The notes beneath the pieces are model-generated. The model was not told where the DNA came from. It did not search any database and saw nothing but the letters and a program-made list of their open reading frames with translations. Made by a program: the position numbers and the translations under genes. A DNA stretch of 64,000 nucleotides from an uncultured Pseudomonadales bacterium (GTDB lineage Bacteria; Patescibacteriota; Microgenomatia; UBA1400; UBA1396). Positions 27,520 through 36,149 of the stretch are shown piece after piece. The DNA is taken from NCBI GenBank assembly GCA_964511175.1, contig CAZEEI010000001.1:23216-87215 (forward strand), in the 5' to 3' direction. Positions within the stretch are counted from its first letter, which is position 1, and each line of letters opens with the position of its first letter.

Positions 27520-28623
27520 ATGAGCCAATTTTGGGCGGCGGAGTCAGTTTGCGCTGGTCACCCCGATAAGGTTTGTGACCAAGTTTCCGATGCGATTGTT
27601 GACGCGGCGTTGGTCGCCGACCCACAGGCGCGGGTGGCGGTAGAGACGTTAGTGACGGCCAACCAGATTGTACTGGCCGGTGAAGTAGCCGCACGCGGCG
27701 AGTTGGATTTTCGGGCGATTGCTCGGCAGACAATTAAAGAATTGGATTACATTGATCCTTGCGCTGGTTTTACTTACCGTTCACCGCTGTTGTTGCGGAT
27801 CCACAGCCAAAGTTTGGATATTGCCCAAGGAGTTGACGGTGGTGGGGCGGGTGACCAGGGGATTATGTTTGGTTACGCTTGTACCGAAACGCCTGAGCTG
27901 ATGCCTTTGCCGATTACCTTGGCGCACCGTTTGGCTGAGCGCCTAGATCAGTTGCGTCAAACGGAACTGTCTTACCTGCGCCCGGATGGCAAAACCGAAG
28001 TCTTGGTTCGCTACGATCGCGGTCGGCCGACGGGGATAGAACGTGTGGTTTTGGCGGTGCCGCATGATCAGACTATCGAACCTACGGTGGTAAAAGTTGC
28101 TCTAATTAAAAGGGCAATCCAACCAGTGTTGGCCGAGTATGGTTGGTCAGCGCCTGGTCCACGTTCAATTATTCTCAATGGTACAGGCCGTTGGGAGTGG
28201 GGCGGACCGGCAGCGGATACCGGTGTCACTGGGCGGAAAATTGTGGTTGATGCCTACGGCCAGGCAGCGCGGGTGGGTGGTGGTGCATTTTCTGGGAAAG
28301 ATCCAACTAAAGTCGACCGCTCCGGTGCCTACGCGGCGCGCTTTTTAGCCAAGAACATTGTTGCAGCAAAACTAGCCAAGAAATGCGAGATCCACCTTAG
28401 TTACGTCATCGGCCGCCGCGCGCCGCTAACGGTGCAGATCGAGACTTTTGGTACCGAAACAAAAGCCAATCACCTAGTTCAATCTTTCGCCAAGGGATTG
28501 CTTAACTTATCGGTTCCCGGCATTATTTACGGTCTCCAACTACGCCAGCCCATCTACCGCCAGACGGCGGCTTACGGCCATTTTGGCCGAGCTGGATTCC
28601 CGTGGGAGGTTGTGCTAAATTGA
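27520..28623 (+). CDS. metK: S-adenosylmethionine synthetase
   Basis: ESV..GHPDK, GAGDQG, DGK, GGGAFSGKDPTKVDRS. Confidence 0.98.
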   Translation: MSQFWAAESVCAGHPDKVCDQVSDAIVDAALVADPQARVAVETLVTANQIVLAGEVAARGELDFRAIARQTIKELDYIDPCAGFTYRSPLLLRIHSQSLDIAQGVDGGGAGDQGIMFGYACTETPELMPLPITLAHRLAERLDQLRQTELSYLRPDGKTEVLVRYDRGRPTGIERVVLAVPHDQTIEPTVVKVALIKRAIQPVLAEYGWSAPGPRSIILNGTGRWEWGGPAADTGVTGRKIVVDAYGQAARVGGGAFSGKDPTKVDRSGAYAARFLAKNIVAAKLAKKCEIHLSYVIGRRAPLTVQIETFGTETKANHLVQSFAKGLLNLSVPGIIYGLQLRQPIYRQTAAYGHFGRAGFPWEVVLN

Positions 28624-28760
28624 AGATGACCCGTCAGGTTATGTTGAGGTATTCATTCCTCGATAGTTTGCTTACGGGAGGAGCCGTGTCCCTCAAAAGA
28701 CCGTCCACCCACCTGGATTTTTCCGGGGGCAATGCACTCAACATGCTGACGGGTCATTTT
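28623..28760 (+). ncRNA. ssrS: Compact 6S-like RNA
   Basis: Rod: ATGACCCGTCAG/CTGACGGGTCAT and ATGTTGAG/CTCAACAT closing stems, central bubble, ATAGTTTG and CACCCACCTG...CGGG motifs recalled from Bacillus 6S RNA; TGcTAAATT extended -10 just upstream. Confidence 0.68.
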
Positions 28761-29089
28761 ATTGGGAAGAGAGCGCTGACCTGCCGCAAAATTTCCACTA
28801 GTTTCTGTTCAGTCAAATAACCGGCCGACTTTTGGATGATCGTTGTTTCCGCAGTAAATAGCTTGTCTGGTCGAGCATAACTGGTTAGCGGTAAACTACC
28901 TTGGCGAAAATCGCTAGCTTGGATTCTAATCGCCAGTCGGCTCGAGTAAGGTTTGGAAGTTATTTGACACAGAATAAAGTTACCGAACTCGGCTTGAGCC
29001 AAAACCAAAGCTGGTCGTCGCTTCTGACCGCGTAAATCGGAAAACGGGAAAGTGACGACCACTATCTGTCCAATTACAAATCGGCCCAC
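28754..29089 (-). CDS. MazF/PemK toxin
   Basis: GQIVVVTFPFSDLRGQKRRPALVL, QITS. Confidence 0.93.
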   Translation of the reverse strand: MGRFVIGQIVVVTFPFSDLRGQKRRPALVLAQAEFGNFILCQITSKPYSSRLAIRIQASDFRQGSLPLTSYARPDKLFTAETTIIQKSAGYLTEQKLVEILRQVSALFPIK

Positions 29090-29301
29090 GCCTCCTCCTC
29101 CTCAGGACGGTTCCAGTCGGTAGCTAAAACCGATTCACTTAAACGGGCTTGGCGGGCGGTTATTGGTTTGATTGGTCTAATGCGCAGTTCGCCCGCCTTG
29201 ACCTTAATCTCTACGTCCTTAACGATACCGCTTTCAGCCAGCAATACTTTAGGAATACGGATACCGCGGGAATTACCAATGGAAATGATCGTGGTTTGCA
29301 T
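29074..29301 (-). CDS. MazE/AbrB-type antitoxin
   Basis: IISIGNSRGIRIPK; acidic EEEEAWADL tail; TATGTACATA palindrome upstream. Confidence 0.92.
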   Translation of the reverse strand: MQTTIISIGNSRGIRIPKVLLAESGIVKDVEIKVKAGELRIRPIKPITARQARLSESVLATDWNRPEEEEAWADL

Positions 29302-29367
29302 AAGTAGTCACATTGTATGTACATATGCGCTGATGTCAAGGATGATATAATTCTGGAATATTGTTTT

Positions 29368-29439
29368 GCCTTCGTAGCTCAGGGGTAGAGCGCATTCTTG
29401 GTAAGAATGAGGTCCTGGGTTCAAATCCCAGCGAAGGCT
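29368..29439 (+). tRNA. tRNA-Thr(GGT)
   Basis: GCCTTCG/CGAAGGC acceptor, CATTC-TTGGTAA-GAATG anticodon arm, GGTTCAAATCC. Confidence 0.97.
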
Positions 29440-29449
29440 CTGGAATATA

Positions 29450-30241
29450 TTAACGTGATAAGTAACGAGTTTTCTTTCCGAGTTTGCAATCTAAACAATA
29501 TCGGAAAAAAAGGGCAAAAATCATATCGGCACCACCTTGTTTTGTTGCCTCCTCAATTAATGCCTCGATATCTTCCACAGTCACATACTCAAGTAATCCC
29601 AGCGACAATTTTTCTTGAGTGTCTAACTCCTGCCAAACACCAAGATTTTGCGCAATTTGAACATAAAAACGCTGAGCCATTTCGAGAATGACCGTTTCAT
29701 TTGGTCTCAGGGGTCTATCACTGCCCGAATTAAATATAGCATTAGCGTATCCGGATAATATTCTCATGAGCTGTTCTTGCTCCGAGCGTGAAGTTAGTTC
29801 CAAAAGAAAAGATTGTCCCTTGTTTGACTCTGGATGATTGGTTTTTTTTCTTGGTCGTGCCGACATTTTTTTACTACCCTTACGGGCTAGGCAGTATTTG
29901 AACAATTCGACATTATATCCAATGTGTTCTTTCTCAGCTTGTTGGACTAGTGCTTGCAACTCTTCTGGGGTTACATATTCGAGTAAACCCATGGTGGCCT
30001 TCAAATGTGTACTAACTTGGTCAAAGACACCAAGATTTTGCGCAATCTGAATATAAAGACGCTGAGCCATGGCTAGAGTAATATTTTGCCTTGAGTCAGG
30101 AGGGCTGTTGGTAGTTTTGGTAAATAAATAACTGGCGCGGTCGGCCATTATTCTCATGAGCTGTTCTTTCTCTGATTGTGAAGTTAGCTCCAAAGCCAGA
30201 AAAGAATTATTTTCACGCTCATGGTTATTAATTGCAGTCAT
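29450..30241 (-). CDS. Hypothetical protein made of two tandem ~115-aa repeats
   Basis: LELTS.SE.EQLMRI...MAQR.Y.QIAQNLGV...GLLEYVT.E...F.YCL occurs twice. Confidence 0.8.
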   Translation of the reverse strand: MTAINNHERENNSFLALELTSQSEKEQLMRIMADRASYLFTKTTNSPPDSRQNITLAMAQRLYIQIAQNLGVFDQVSTHLKATMGLLEYVTPEELQALVQQAEKEHIGYNVELFKYCLARKGSKKMSARPRKKTNHPESNKGQSFLLELTSRSEQEQLMRILSGYANAIFNSGSDRPLRPNETVILEMAQRFYVQIAQNLGVWQELDTQEKLSLGLLEYVTVEDIEALIEEATKQGGADMIFALFFRYCLDCKLGKKTRYLSR

Positions 30242-30254
30242 TTCTACCCCGAAA

Positions 30255-30905
30255 CTAAATGTGATTTATTGTAACACTATGAATCAATCCCACCCCGCCA
30301 AAGATAATCGCCTGCAACCCTGCCACCAGTGGTCCTAATAGATAACTGATGGGAGAGGCGCCGCCTGCCCAGGGAAAAATCAATAAAAGCAAAATCAGGA
30401 AACCGTAGCGTTCCAGTGTTAAATCGAATTCGTAAGCTAATTCACGCGGCAGGAAAGCAGTTAGCACTTTGCCGCCGTCGAGTGGGTGAATCGGCAGCAG
30501 ATTAAAAACTGCCAAAATTAAATTAATGTGGATTAGAAAGGAAATTACCACCATGGGCAAGGGAATTAGTGGGGAAAATAAAGCGACCAGGAAGGCAAGA
30601 GTAATGTTGGCGAGGGGGCCGGCCGCGGCGATCAGCGCAGCGTCACGACGGGGCGAACTAAGGTTGTAGGGGTCAAACACGACCGGCCGGCCCCAACCGA
30701 AGCCGAAAACCAGCAAGAATAAAGTACCGGCAGGATCAAGGTGGGCCAGGGGATTTAATGACAAGCGACCTTGGGCGCGGGGGGTTGGGTCACCCAGTTT
30801 ATCGGCCATCAGGGCATGGCAAAACTCATGGACAGTTAATGAAAGCACTAAACTAACTGCTAACACCAAAAAGGCGAGGGGGCTAGTAAAGAGGACGTCA
30901 AGCAT
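30255..30905 (-). CDS. Site-2 protease (M50) family protein
   Basis: HEFCH, GDPTP..GRLSLNPLAHLD, FNLLPIHPLDG. Confidence 0.95.
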   Translation of the reverse strand: MLDVLFTSPLAFLVLAVSLVLSLTVHEFCHALMADKLGDPTPRAQGRLSLNPLAHLDPAGTLFLLVFGFGWGRPVVFDPYNLSSPRRDAALIAAAGPLANITLAFLVALFSPLIPLPMVVISFLIHINLILAVFNLLPIHPLDGGKVLTAFLPRELAYEFDLTLERYGFLILLLLIFPWAGGASPISYLLGPLVAGLQAIIFGGVGLIHSVTINHI

Positions 30906-30969
30906 ACGGCCATTCTACCATCGGTGAAGTCATGGTATACTACCTCCTCGACTAAAACGAAGGAAACTT

Positions 30970-31248
30970 ATGGCGCAAATCTACAGTATCGTCAAGAAAA
31001 ATACCGTGCGGCACAACCGCGCCGTGGCGAAGTCTGGCAAACACAGCATAATCGACTTAGGCAAGCATGTTATGGTGCCAGCACAGCGGACCATTAGTTA
31101 TGGTCACGTAGTTTCGCATGCCAAGAACCGTACGCCGCACCGCCGTATGCCTAATTTGCGCGTAGTGCATGTTTTAGTGGATGGTGTAAAGAAAGCTTTA
31201 CGTCTTTCTGCTAGTGACACGCGTACTTTCAAAAAATTAACTGCGTGA
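30970..31248 (+). CDS. rpmB: 50S ribosomal protein L28, Cys-free, N-terminally extended
   Basis: GHVVSHAKNRT.HRRMPNL; very basic; AAGGA RBS. Confidence 0.8.
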   Translation: MAQIYSIVKKNTVRHNRAVAKSGKHSIIDLGKHVMVPAQRTISYGHVVSHAKNRTPHRRMPNLRVVHVLVDGVKKALRLSASDTRTFKKLTA

Positions 31249-31262
31249 TATAGTTCGTTTCA

Positions 31263-31547
31263 ATGGATAGTCCAGACAGACGGTTACATTTATATTCGGT
31301 AGTTGGGTTTAAGGGTGTTCTCGAATTAATTGGTAGTGCGACCTCGCTACCAGAGGTGATTAGCCTAATCCTTTCCCAAGCGCCGCGCGACGTTTCTCAA
31401 TCAGTGGTAATTGATTTGCAAGCCAAAAAGGCTTTATTGGTGCCTTTTAACCAGGAAGCATTAGTGATTGATGTTTCTTTATTGGTGTTTCTCGACAAAA
31501 TTATTCCTGGTTGGCAGCGAGTTCAATTACTGAACGAATTGTTCTAA
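31263..31547 (+). CDS. Hypothetical protein
   Basis: ORF fills the gap between rpmB and the convergent fmt; no motif. Confidence 0.5.
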   Translation: MDSPDRRLHLYSVVGFKGVLELIGSATSLPEVISLILSQAPRDVSQSVVIDLQAKKALLVPFNQEALVIDVSLLVFLDKIIPGWQRVQLLNELF

Positions 31548-32503
31548 ACCGCTCTTTCACCTTCGTATTGATAATGATCAACGACTAATTTCTCCGATGA
31601 TTCGAGGTGTACTGCCAAGATTTTTTGGCGAACATTGGCCCGGCTCTGGTAATTAGGCACAATAGTCCAAATCCCTGGCCAAGGCGAGAGGGCGCGAACG
31701 GCTCTTTCGATTAAGACGGCAGGGGCAAGACCAGGTTGTTGCGTTAAAACTTCCGCTAAAACCGGTCCGAGATTTTCAACTATGTACATATTCAGTGAAT
31801 GTGGTGCAACAGATCCTTTTTGCAGCTGCACCAAAAGCGAATACGGAATGTATCCGTCTTGGCGCGAAAGTCTTCTAGCAATCGGCGTTGTTGATTTGGC
31901 TGGTTGAGCTTGTTCAGTTGGCGCGGCGGCGTATTCAGCTAAAATATCGGCCAGCTGGGCAGCCACCAAAACAAAAGCCTTTTGGTAGTAGGAAGCGGCG
32001 GTTTCGGTTGAATCAATTTTAAAAGGCAGAGCGCGAATAATTGGTCCCTCATCCATGCCGGCGGTCATACGCATAACCGTAACAGCTGATGTGGCTTCAC
32101 CGTAAAGCAGGACAAATTGAGCCGGTGAACTGCCCCGGTATTTAGGTAAAGCCGAAGGGTGGACATTAATTGGCGCCAAACGAGGCAGAGATAGCAGCCA
32201 ATCTGGTACTAAATAGCCAAAGTCCACAACCAGTAGAAAATCGACGGGTGCTTGTTTGGAGAGATCGTCCATTAGGGGGCGCAGTGATTTGGCCACATTA
32301 AATACTGGTATTTTTTGGGTGCGAGCCCAAATTTCGACCGGCGTGGCAGTTAGCTGTTGATTGCGGCCGATCGGTCGGGCGACGGGAGTTACCGCCCAAT
32401 TAACCTGCCAGCGCGGGTCGTTAGCTAGGGCTGTGGCACAGGCTACGCTGCGCTCTGTGGTGCCACAAAGACCAACGCGCCAGATAGGGTTCGATTGATT
32501 CAT
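31544..32503 (-). CDS. fmt: Methionyl-tRNA formyltransferase
   Basis: VDFG, INVHPSALPKYRGSSP, MDEGPI, RALSPWPG; coupled to def. Confidence 0.93.
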   Translation of the reverse strand: MNQSNPIWRVGLCGTTERSVACATALANDPRWQVNWAVTPVARPIGRNQQLTATPVEIWARTQKIPVFNVAKSLRPLMDDLSKQAPVDFLLVVDFGYLVPDWLLSLPRLAPINVHPSALPKYRGSSPAQFVLLYGEATSAVTVMRMTAGMDEGPIIRALPFKIDSTETAASYYQKAFVLVAAQLADILAEYAAAPTEQAQPAKSTTPIARRLSRQDGYIPYSLLVQLQKGSVAPHSLNMYIVENLGPVLAEVLTQQPGLAPAVLIERAVRALSPWPGIWTIVPNYQSRANVRQKILAVHLESSEKLVVDHYQYEGERAV

Positions 32504-33078
32504 AACGCCCTAGCTATTTGCGGATCAATTTCGACTAATTGACCTTTTTCTTCCTGATAGAGCACCTGTCCTTGGGTCAGAATGTGATCTGTGAAGAGGA
32601 TGCCGTCCAGGTGGTCCAATTCGTGCTGGACAACTCGGCCGATAAAATCGAAAAAAGTTTCGGTGTGATAAAGCGAAAGTTCGCCAGTTTCGGTAAGAGT
32701 TTGAAATTCAAGCGTTACCCACTCGGGACGAGCGACCGGACCGTAAAGATAAGGGATAGAGAGGCAGCCTTCCAGGTCAGCCTTGCGGGGATTCATGCCG
32801 GTAACCAGCCGATCGGCTCGATCGACCAGACGAGGATTGAAAAAATAACGGATAAATGGCTGGTCACTTTGGCCGGAGTCCAAGTGAGTCACAAAAATGC
32901 GCCAAGGAGTATCAACCTGCGGCGCTGCCAAACCCACCCCCGTTGGATTTTCGGCCCGCTGTAGAACTTCGCCCAAAGCTTTGGCAAAGGAGATGACTTT
33001 TTTGTCCGCCAAGGTTATCGGCTTGGCAACTTGCCGCAAAGCAGTATGGGGGGCAACCACTATTTTTGGTGATTTCAT
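32500..33078 (-). CDS. def: Peptide deformylase
   Basis: GVGLAAPQV, EGCLS, QHELDHLDG. Confidence 0.97.
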   Translation of the reverse strand: MKSPKIVVAPHTALRQVAKPITLADKKVISFAKALGEVLQRAENPTGVGLAAPQVDTPWRIFVTHLDSGQSDQPFIRYFFNPRLVDRADRLVTGMNPRKADLEGCLSIPYLYGPVARPEWVTLEFQTLTETGELSLYHTETFFDFIGRVVQHELDHLDGILFTDHILTQGQVLYQEEKGQLVEIDPQIARAL

Positions 33079-33085
33079 GGAGCTA

Positions 33086-35185
33086 TTATAACCTTTTACC
33101 GGAAATGGAGGCTTCGATTACTTTCAACCGCTCGGTGGCGAACTCCTCGCCAGGCTTAAGCTGGAGAATTTTTTGATATTGGTCAACGGCGGCTGACCAA
33201 TCTCCGGCCGACTCCAAAAACTGGCCAAACTCGTGTCGAGCCTCTTCATAGTTGGGCTTAAGAGTGATGGCTTGGGTGAAGGCGGCGCGGGCGTCGTCGT
33301 TGCGGTGGAGACCACCCAGGATTACGGCACGATTAAAGTAAATTTGGGGATCAGTAGGAGCCAATTGTGCGGCCTGTTCGAGAGCGGCGAGTGCTTCGTC
33401 GTAGTAGCGGGGATCCAGCTTGGCCAAATAAAGGAACACTTTGGCGCGTGATTTCCAAAAAGACAGATGTACCGGATTGAGGGTAACAGCGCGATTAGTG
33501 GCAGCAATGGCTTCGTTGCCTAGTTGGGCTGCAATGGTGGCATCGGTTGGTGCGGCAGCGGTGGCTAAATTCGCCATAAAAGTAGCGGCTTCATCCCAAT
33601 ATAGAGCTTCGCGGGAGGCGCGCTGAGTGAGTTGTTGGAAAAGCTGATAGGCGATGAGTGGCTGTTGGCGCAGTACTTGGCGCTTAGCTTGCGCGAGTAG
33701 TCGGTCATTGGCCCAGGTTCGACAAACTGATAGTAAGGCCAAACCGGTAGCCAGACCCACAACGAGGGTTAGTAGCGAAGAACCGTCCAACTCTACTTCC
33801 CATTCGTCTGAGATCCGATCTCGTTTTAGGGTTACACCCTCCAGGCGTGATGTAGCGGCAGATTCGATCTCATTGATAAAAATCCAAGCCGGCATGAGGA
33901 AGAAAAGAACACCTACCGTTACCGTGGAAAAACCGAAAAAGTTTGATACGGCTAATGCTAGGTAACTGGCCAAAATAGCTGTCGCCAGGGTATTGTGCCG
34001 CCGCAGTAACTGCCAAATCACCGCCCCCATGAGCGTTAGGAGAGCAATGAGTCCAACCGCGCCGGTGGTGGCAAGCGCGTTAAGAAATTCATTGTGCGCT
34101 TTGTTATAGAGAAAATTCCATTCGGACACGGTGTTGTGGGCCAGGGGGCGGTCACGGTAGTAACTATAGGCGAAGGTTTCCACACCGGAACCAAAGAGTG
34201 GGTATCGCTGCCAGACGGCCAAAGCCCCGGACCAAACGATTTGGCGAATAGCACCAGAGTTGGTGCCGCCGTTTTCTAGAACGGTGCCGACCGAAGGAGC
34301 GGCGGGACGCTCAATGGTAGCGGCGGATGGTGGTGAGCTAGGTGAAAAGCGGGCGATCCATTTGAAAGCAGTCGGCGTAAAGGGAGTGCCAAAAAGGAGG
34401 GCAAGAATAACAAATGACGCCAGGAGGGTTACACCCTGAGCAATCCCACGCCTGGAGGGTGACACCCTCAGCCAGACGGCACCGCTAGCGACAAATCCTA
34501 GCAGGCCAGAACGCGAGCCGGTAAATAGCAATACAGTGAAAAACAGCGGTATGCTGGCGGCGCTTAACCAACGTTCCAATTTGGTTCGAGATTGTTGCCA
34601 GAGCCACAACGATAAAGGTAGCAACATAATCAAGTAGGCGGCCAACCAATTAGGCTGGCCAAGAGTGCCAAAGACCCGCGTTTGTACATCCTGTACCCAG
34701 CAACTTACCGAAAATTCACCCGTGATTAAAACGCAGCTTGGCGAAACACCAAAATGTTCCGGTAGGGCATAAAGAGCCACACCAATACCGGCATAAACCA
34801 CTGAACGCACGAGCGGTTTTAGATCATGCCGATCCAAATTACTGACCGCCGCAAAATAAAGTGTTAAGTAGGCTAAAGTCGAAAGCAGTCCGCCGTGGAA
34901 ACGCGAATAATAGCCGAAGATACTGGTGGCAACGTGAATCGAAGTAACTGTGGAAAGCAACTGACTAGTAAGGAAGAAAATGATCGGCCAAAACAAAAGA
35001 GTCCGCTGAAAGATAATTTTTTTAGCCCGAATCATTCGGACCAACCATAAGCCGGCAATCAGGCTGGTGTAGGCGTAAACCAGCATCATTTTATTGAATT
35101 CGAACAGTTCTTCATTGACCGCCGTGAAAGCAAAGGGGACGGTGATTACTAAGGCAGAAAACAACCAAACAATGGCACGGCGCAT
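33086..35185 (-). CDS. O-antigen ligase domain protein with C-terminal TPRs
   Basis: RVFGTLGQPNWLAAY, TGSRSG, PLFGSGVETF, AHNEFL; TPR-like C-terminus. Confidence 0.9.
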   Translation of the reverse strand: MRRAIVWLFSALVITVPFAFTAVNEELFEFNKMMLVYAYTSLIAGLWLVRMIRAKKIIFQRTLLFWPIIFFLTSQLLSTVTSIHVATSIFGYYSRFHGGLLSTLAYLTLYFAAVSNLDRHDLKPLVRSVVYAGIGVALYALPEHFGVSPSCVLITGEFSVSCWVQDVQTRVFGTLGQPNWLAAYLIMLLPLSLWLWQQSRTKLERWLSAASIPLFFTVLLFTGSRSGLLGFVASGAVWLRVSPSRRGIAQGVTLLASFVILALLFGTPFTPTAFKWIARFSPSSPPSAATIERPAAPSVGTVLENGGTNSGAIRQIVWSGALAVWQRYPLFGSGVETFAYSYYRDRPLAHNTVSEWNFLYNKAHNEFLNALATTGAVGLIALLTLMGAVIWQLLRRHNTLATAILASYLALAVSNFFGFSTVTVGVLFFLMPAWIFINEIESAATSRLEGVTLKRDRISDEWEVELDGSSLLTLVVGLATGLALLSVCRTWANDRLLAQAKRQVLRQQPLIAYQLFQQLTQRASREALYWDEAATFMANLATAAAPTDATIAAQLGNEAIAATNRAVTLNPVHLSFWKSRAKVFLYLAKLDPRYYDEALAALEQAAQLAPTDPQIYFNRAVILGGLHRNDDARAAFTQAITLKPNYEEARHEFGQFLESAGDWSAAVDQYQKILQLKPGEEFATERLKVIEASISGKRL
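33828..33849 (+). repeat. 22-bp dispersed repeat, copy 3
   Basis: AGGGTTACACCCTCCAGGCGTG inside the ligase/TPR gene. Confidence 0.85.
34416..34468 (-). repeat. 22-bp dispersed repeat, copies 4 and 5 (direct, 31-bp period)
   Basis: GACGCCAGGAGGGTTACACCCT (34416) and CACGCCTGGAGGGTGACACCCT (34447). Confidence 0.85.
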
Positions 35186-35228
35186 GACGCCAGGTTAACA
35201 AATCCGTCAGAGTTTGTACAATGAGGAC

Positions 35229-36149
35229 ATGACGATCAGTATCGGTGGGGCGTATATCCGCATTTGGCGGCCGCGGCGCGGCTTAGCGGCAGAGGTACCG
35301 GCGGTAGTAGTACTTGATCAAGATGGGGCGATTATCGCTTTGGGCGACGCGGCCGCTCAGATGGAAGGCAAAACCTCTCATCAACAACAATTGGTGCGTT
35401 CCTTCTTTGGTGATCAAATTATTCATCGCGATGGTTTACGTGCTTTAATCCGTTTGGCTCTGGCGAAAGCGATCGAGTCCGACCAAGCCCGCTGGTGGGA
35501 AAGATTACGTTTAAACATCGCTGTGCCACCCACGGTTTCGCCACTGCACCGCGATTGGCTGCAGCGCACGGTGCGAGAAGCTGGTGGTGGTTGGTTGAAT
35601 TCACTTGATCCCTGGTCCCACTTGCTGCCGCACAACAGTCAGCGTCGGACGGATGTGGTACCGGTGCATGGTGTGTTGGACTGGGGTTTTTCGGGTGTAC
35701 GAGCCGCCCTTTATGTGGGCGATCAATTAGTAGCTAGTCAGAGTAATAGCCAATGGGGGTTGAGGCAACTTTGTGAAAAAATGGTTATTGCGGAACAAGC
35801 TAAAACACACCGCCTTTTTCCTCAGTCGGCCCTCTATAACCAGGAGTGGGGTTTAGCTTACACCGGTTTCGATACGGCAAAAGCACGGCCAATTTTAGCA
35901 ACGCTATCCGCCGAAGTGAAACAAACCACTCAGGTTGAGGGAGTTAAGGCGATTGGTCAAATGCTGATCACCCTGCAAAATCGTCTAACGCCAGAACAGA
36001 CGTCTTTTTTGCCGCAACATGGCTGGTTGGTGGTAGGTGGCGCGGCCAACCTTTTTACTGATTTAGATCATTGGAGCCAAAAATTGGGGGCCCCCCTGAC
36101 AGTAGCCGTAGGACCCACTTACGCCGTACTGAAGGGTTTAGGAGATTAA
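35229..36149 (+). CDS. Degenerate MreB-like protein heading the mreCD-PBP2 operon
   Basis: PAVVVLD..IIALGDAAAQMEGKT, IAVPPTVS, GVLDWG, GWLVVGGAA, PTYAVLKG; operon position. Confidence 0.78.
   Translation: MTISIGGAYIRIWRPRRGLAAEVPAVVVLDQDGAIIALGDAAAQMEGKTSHQQQLVRSFFGDQIIHRDGLRALIRLALAKAIESDQARWWERLRLNIAVPPTVSPLHRDWLQRTVREAGGGWLNSLDPWSHLLPHNSQRRTDVVPVHGVLDWGFSGVRAALYVGDQLVASQSNSQWGLRQLCEKMVIAEQAKTHRLFPQSALYNQEWGLAYTGFDTAKARPILATLSAEVKQTTQVEGVKAIGQMLITLQNRLTPEQTSFLPQHGWLVVGGAANLFTDLDHWSQKLGAPLTVAVGPTYAVLKGLGD

Noticed and set aside
27395-27733. Minus-strand 112-aa ORF
   Set aside because: Overlaps the SAM riboswitch and metK; low-complexity product.
29398-29691. ORF starting MVRMRSWVQIP
   Set aside because: It is the translation of tRNA-Thr sequence.
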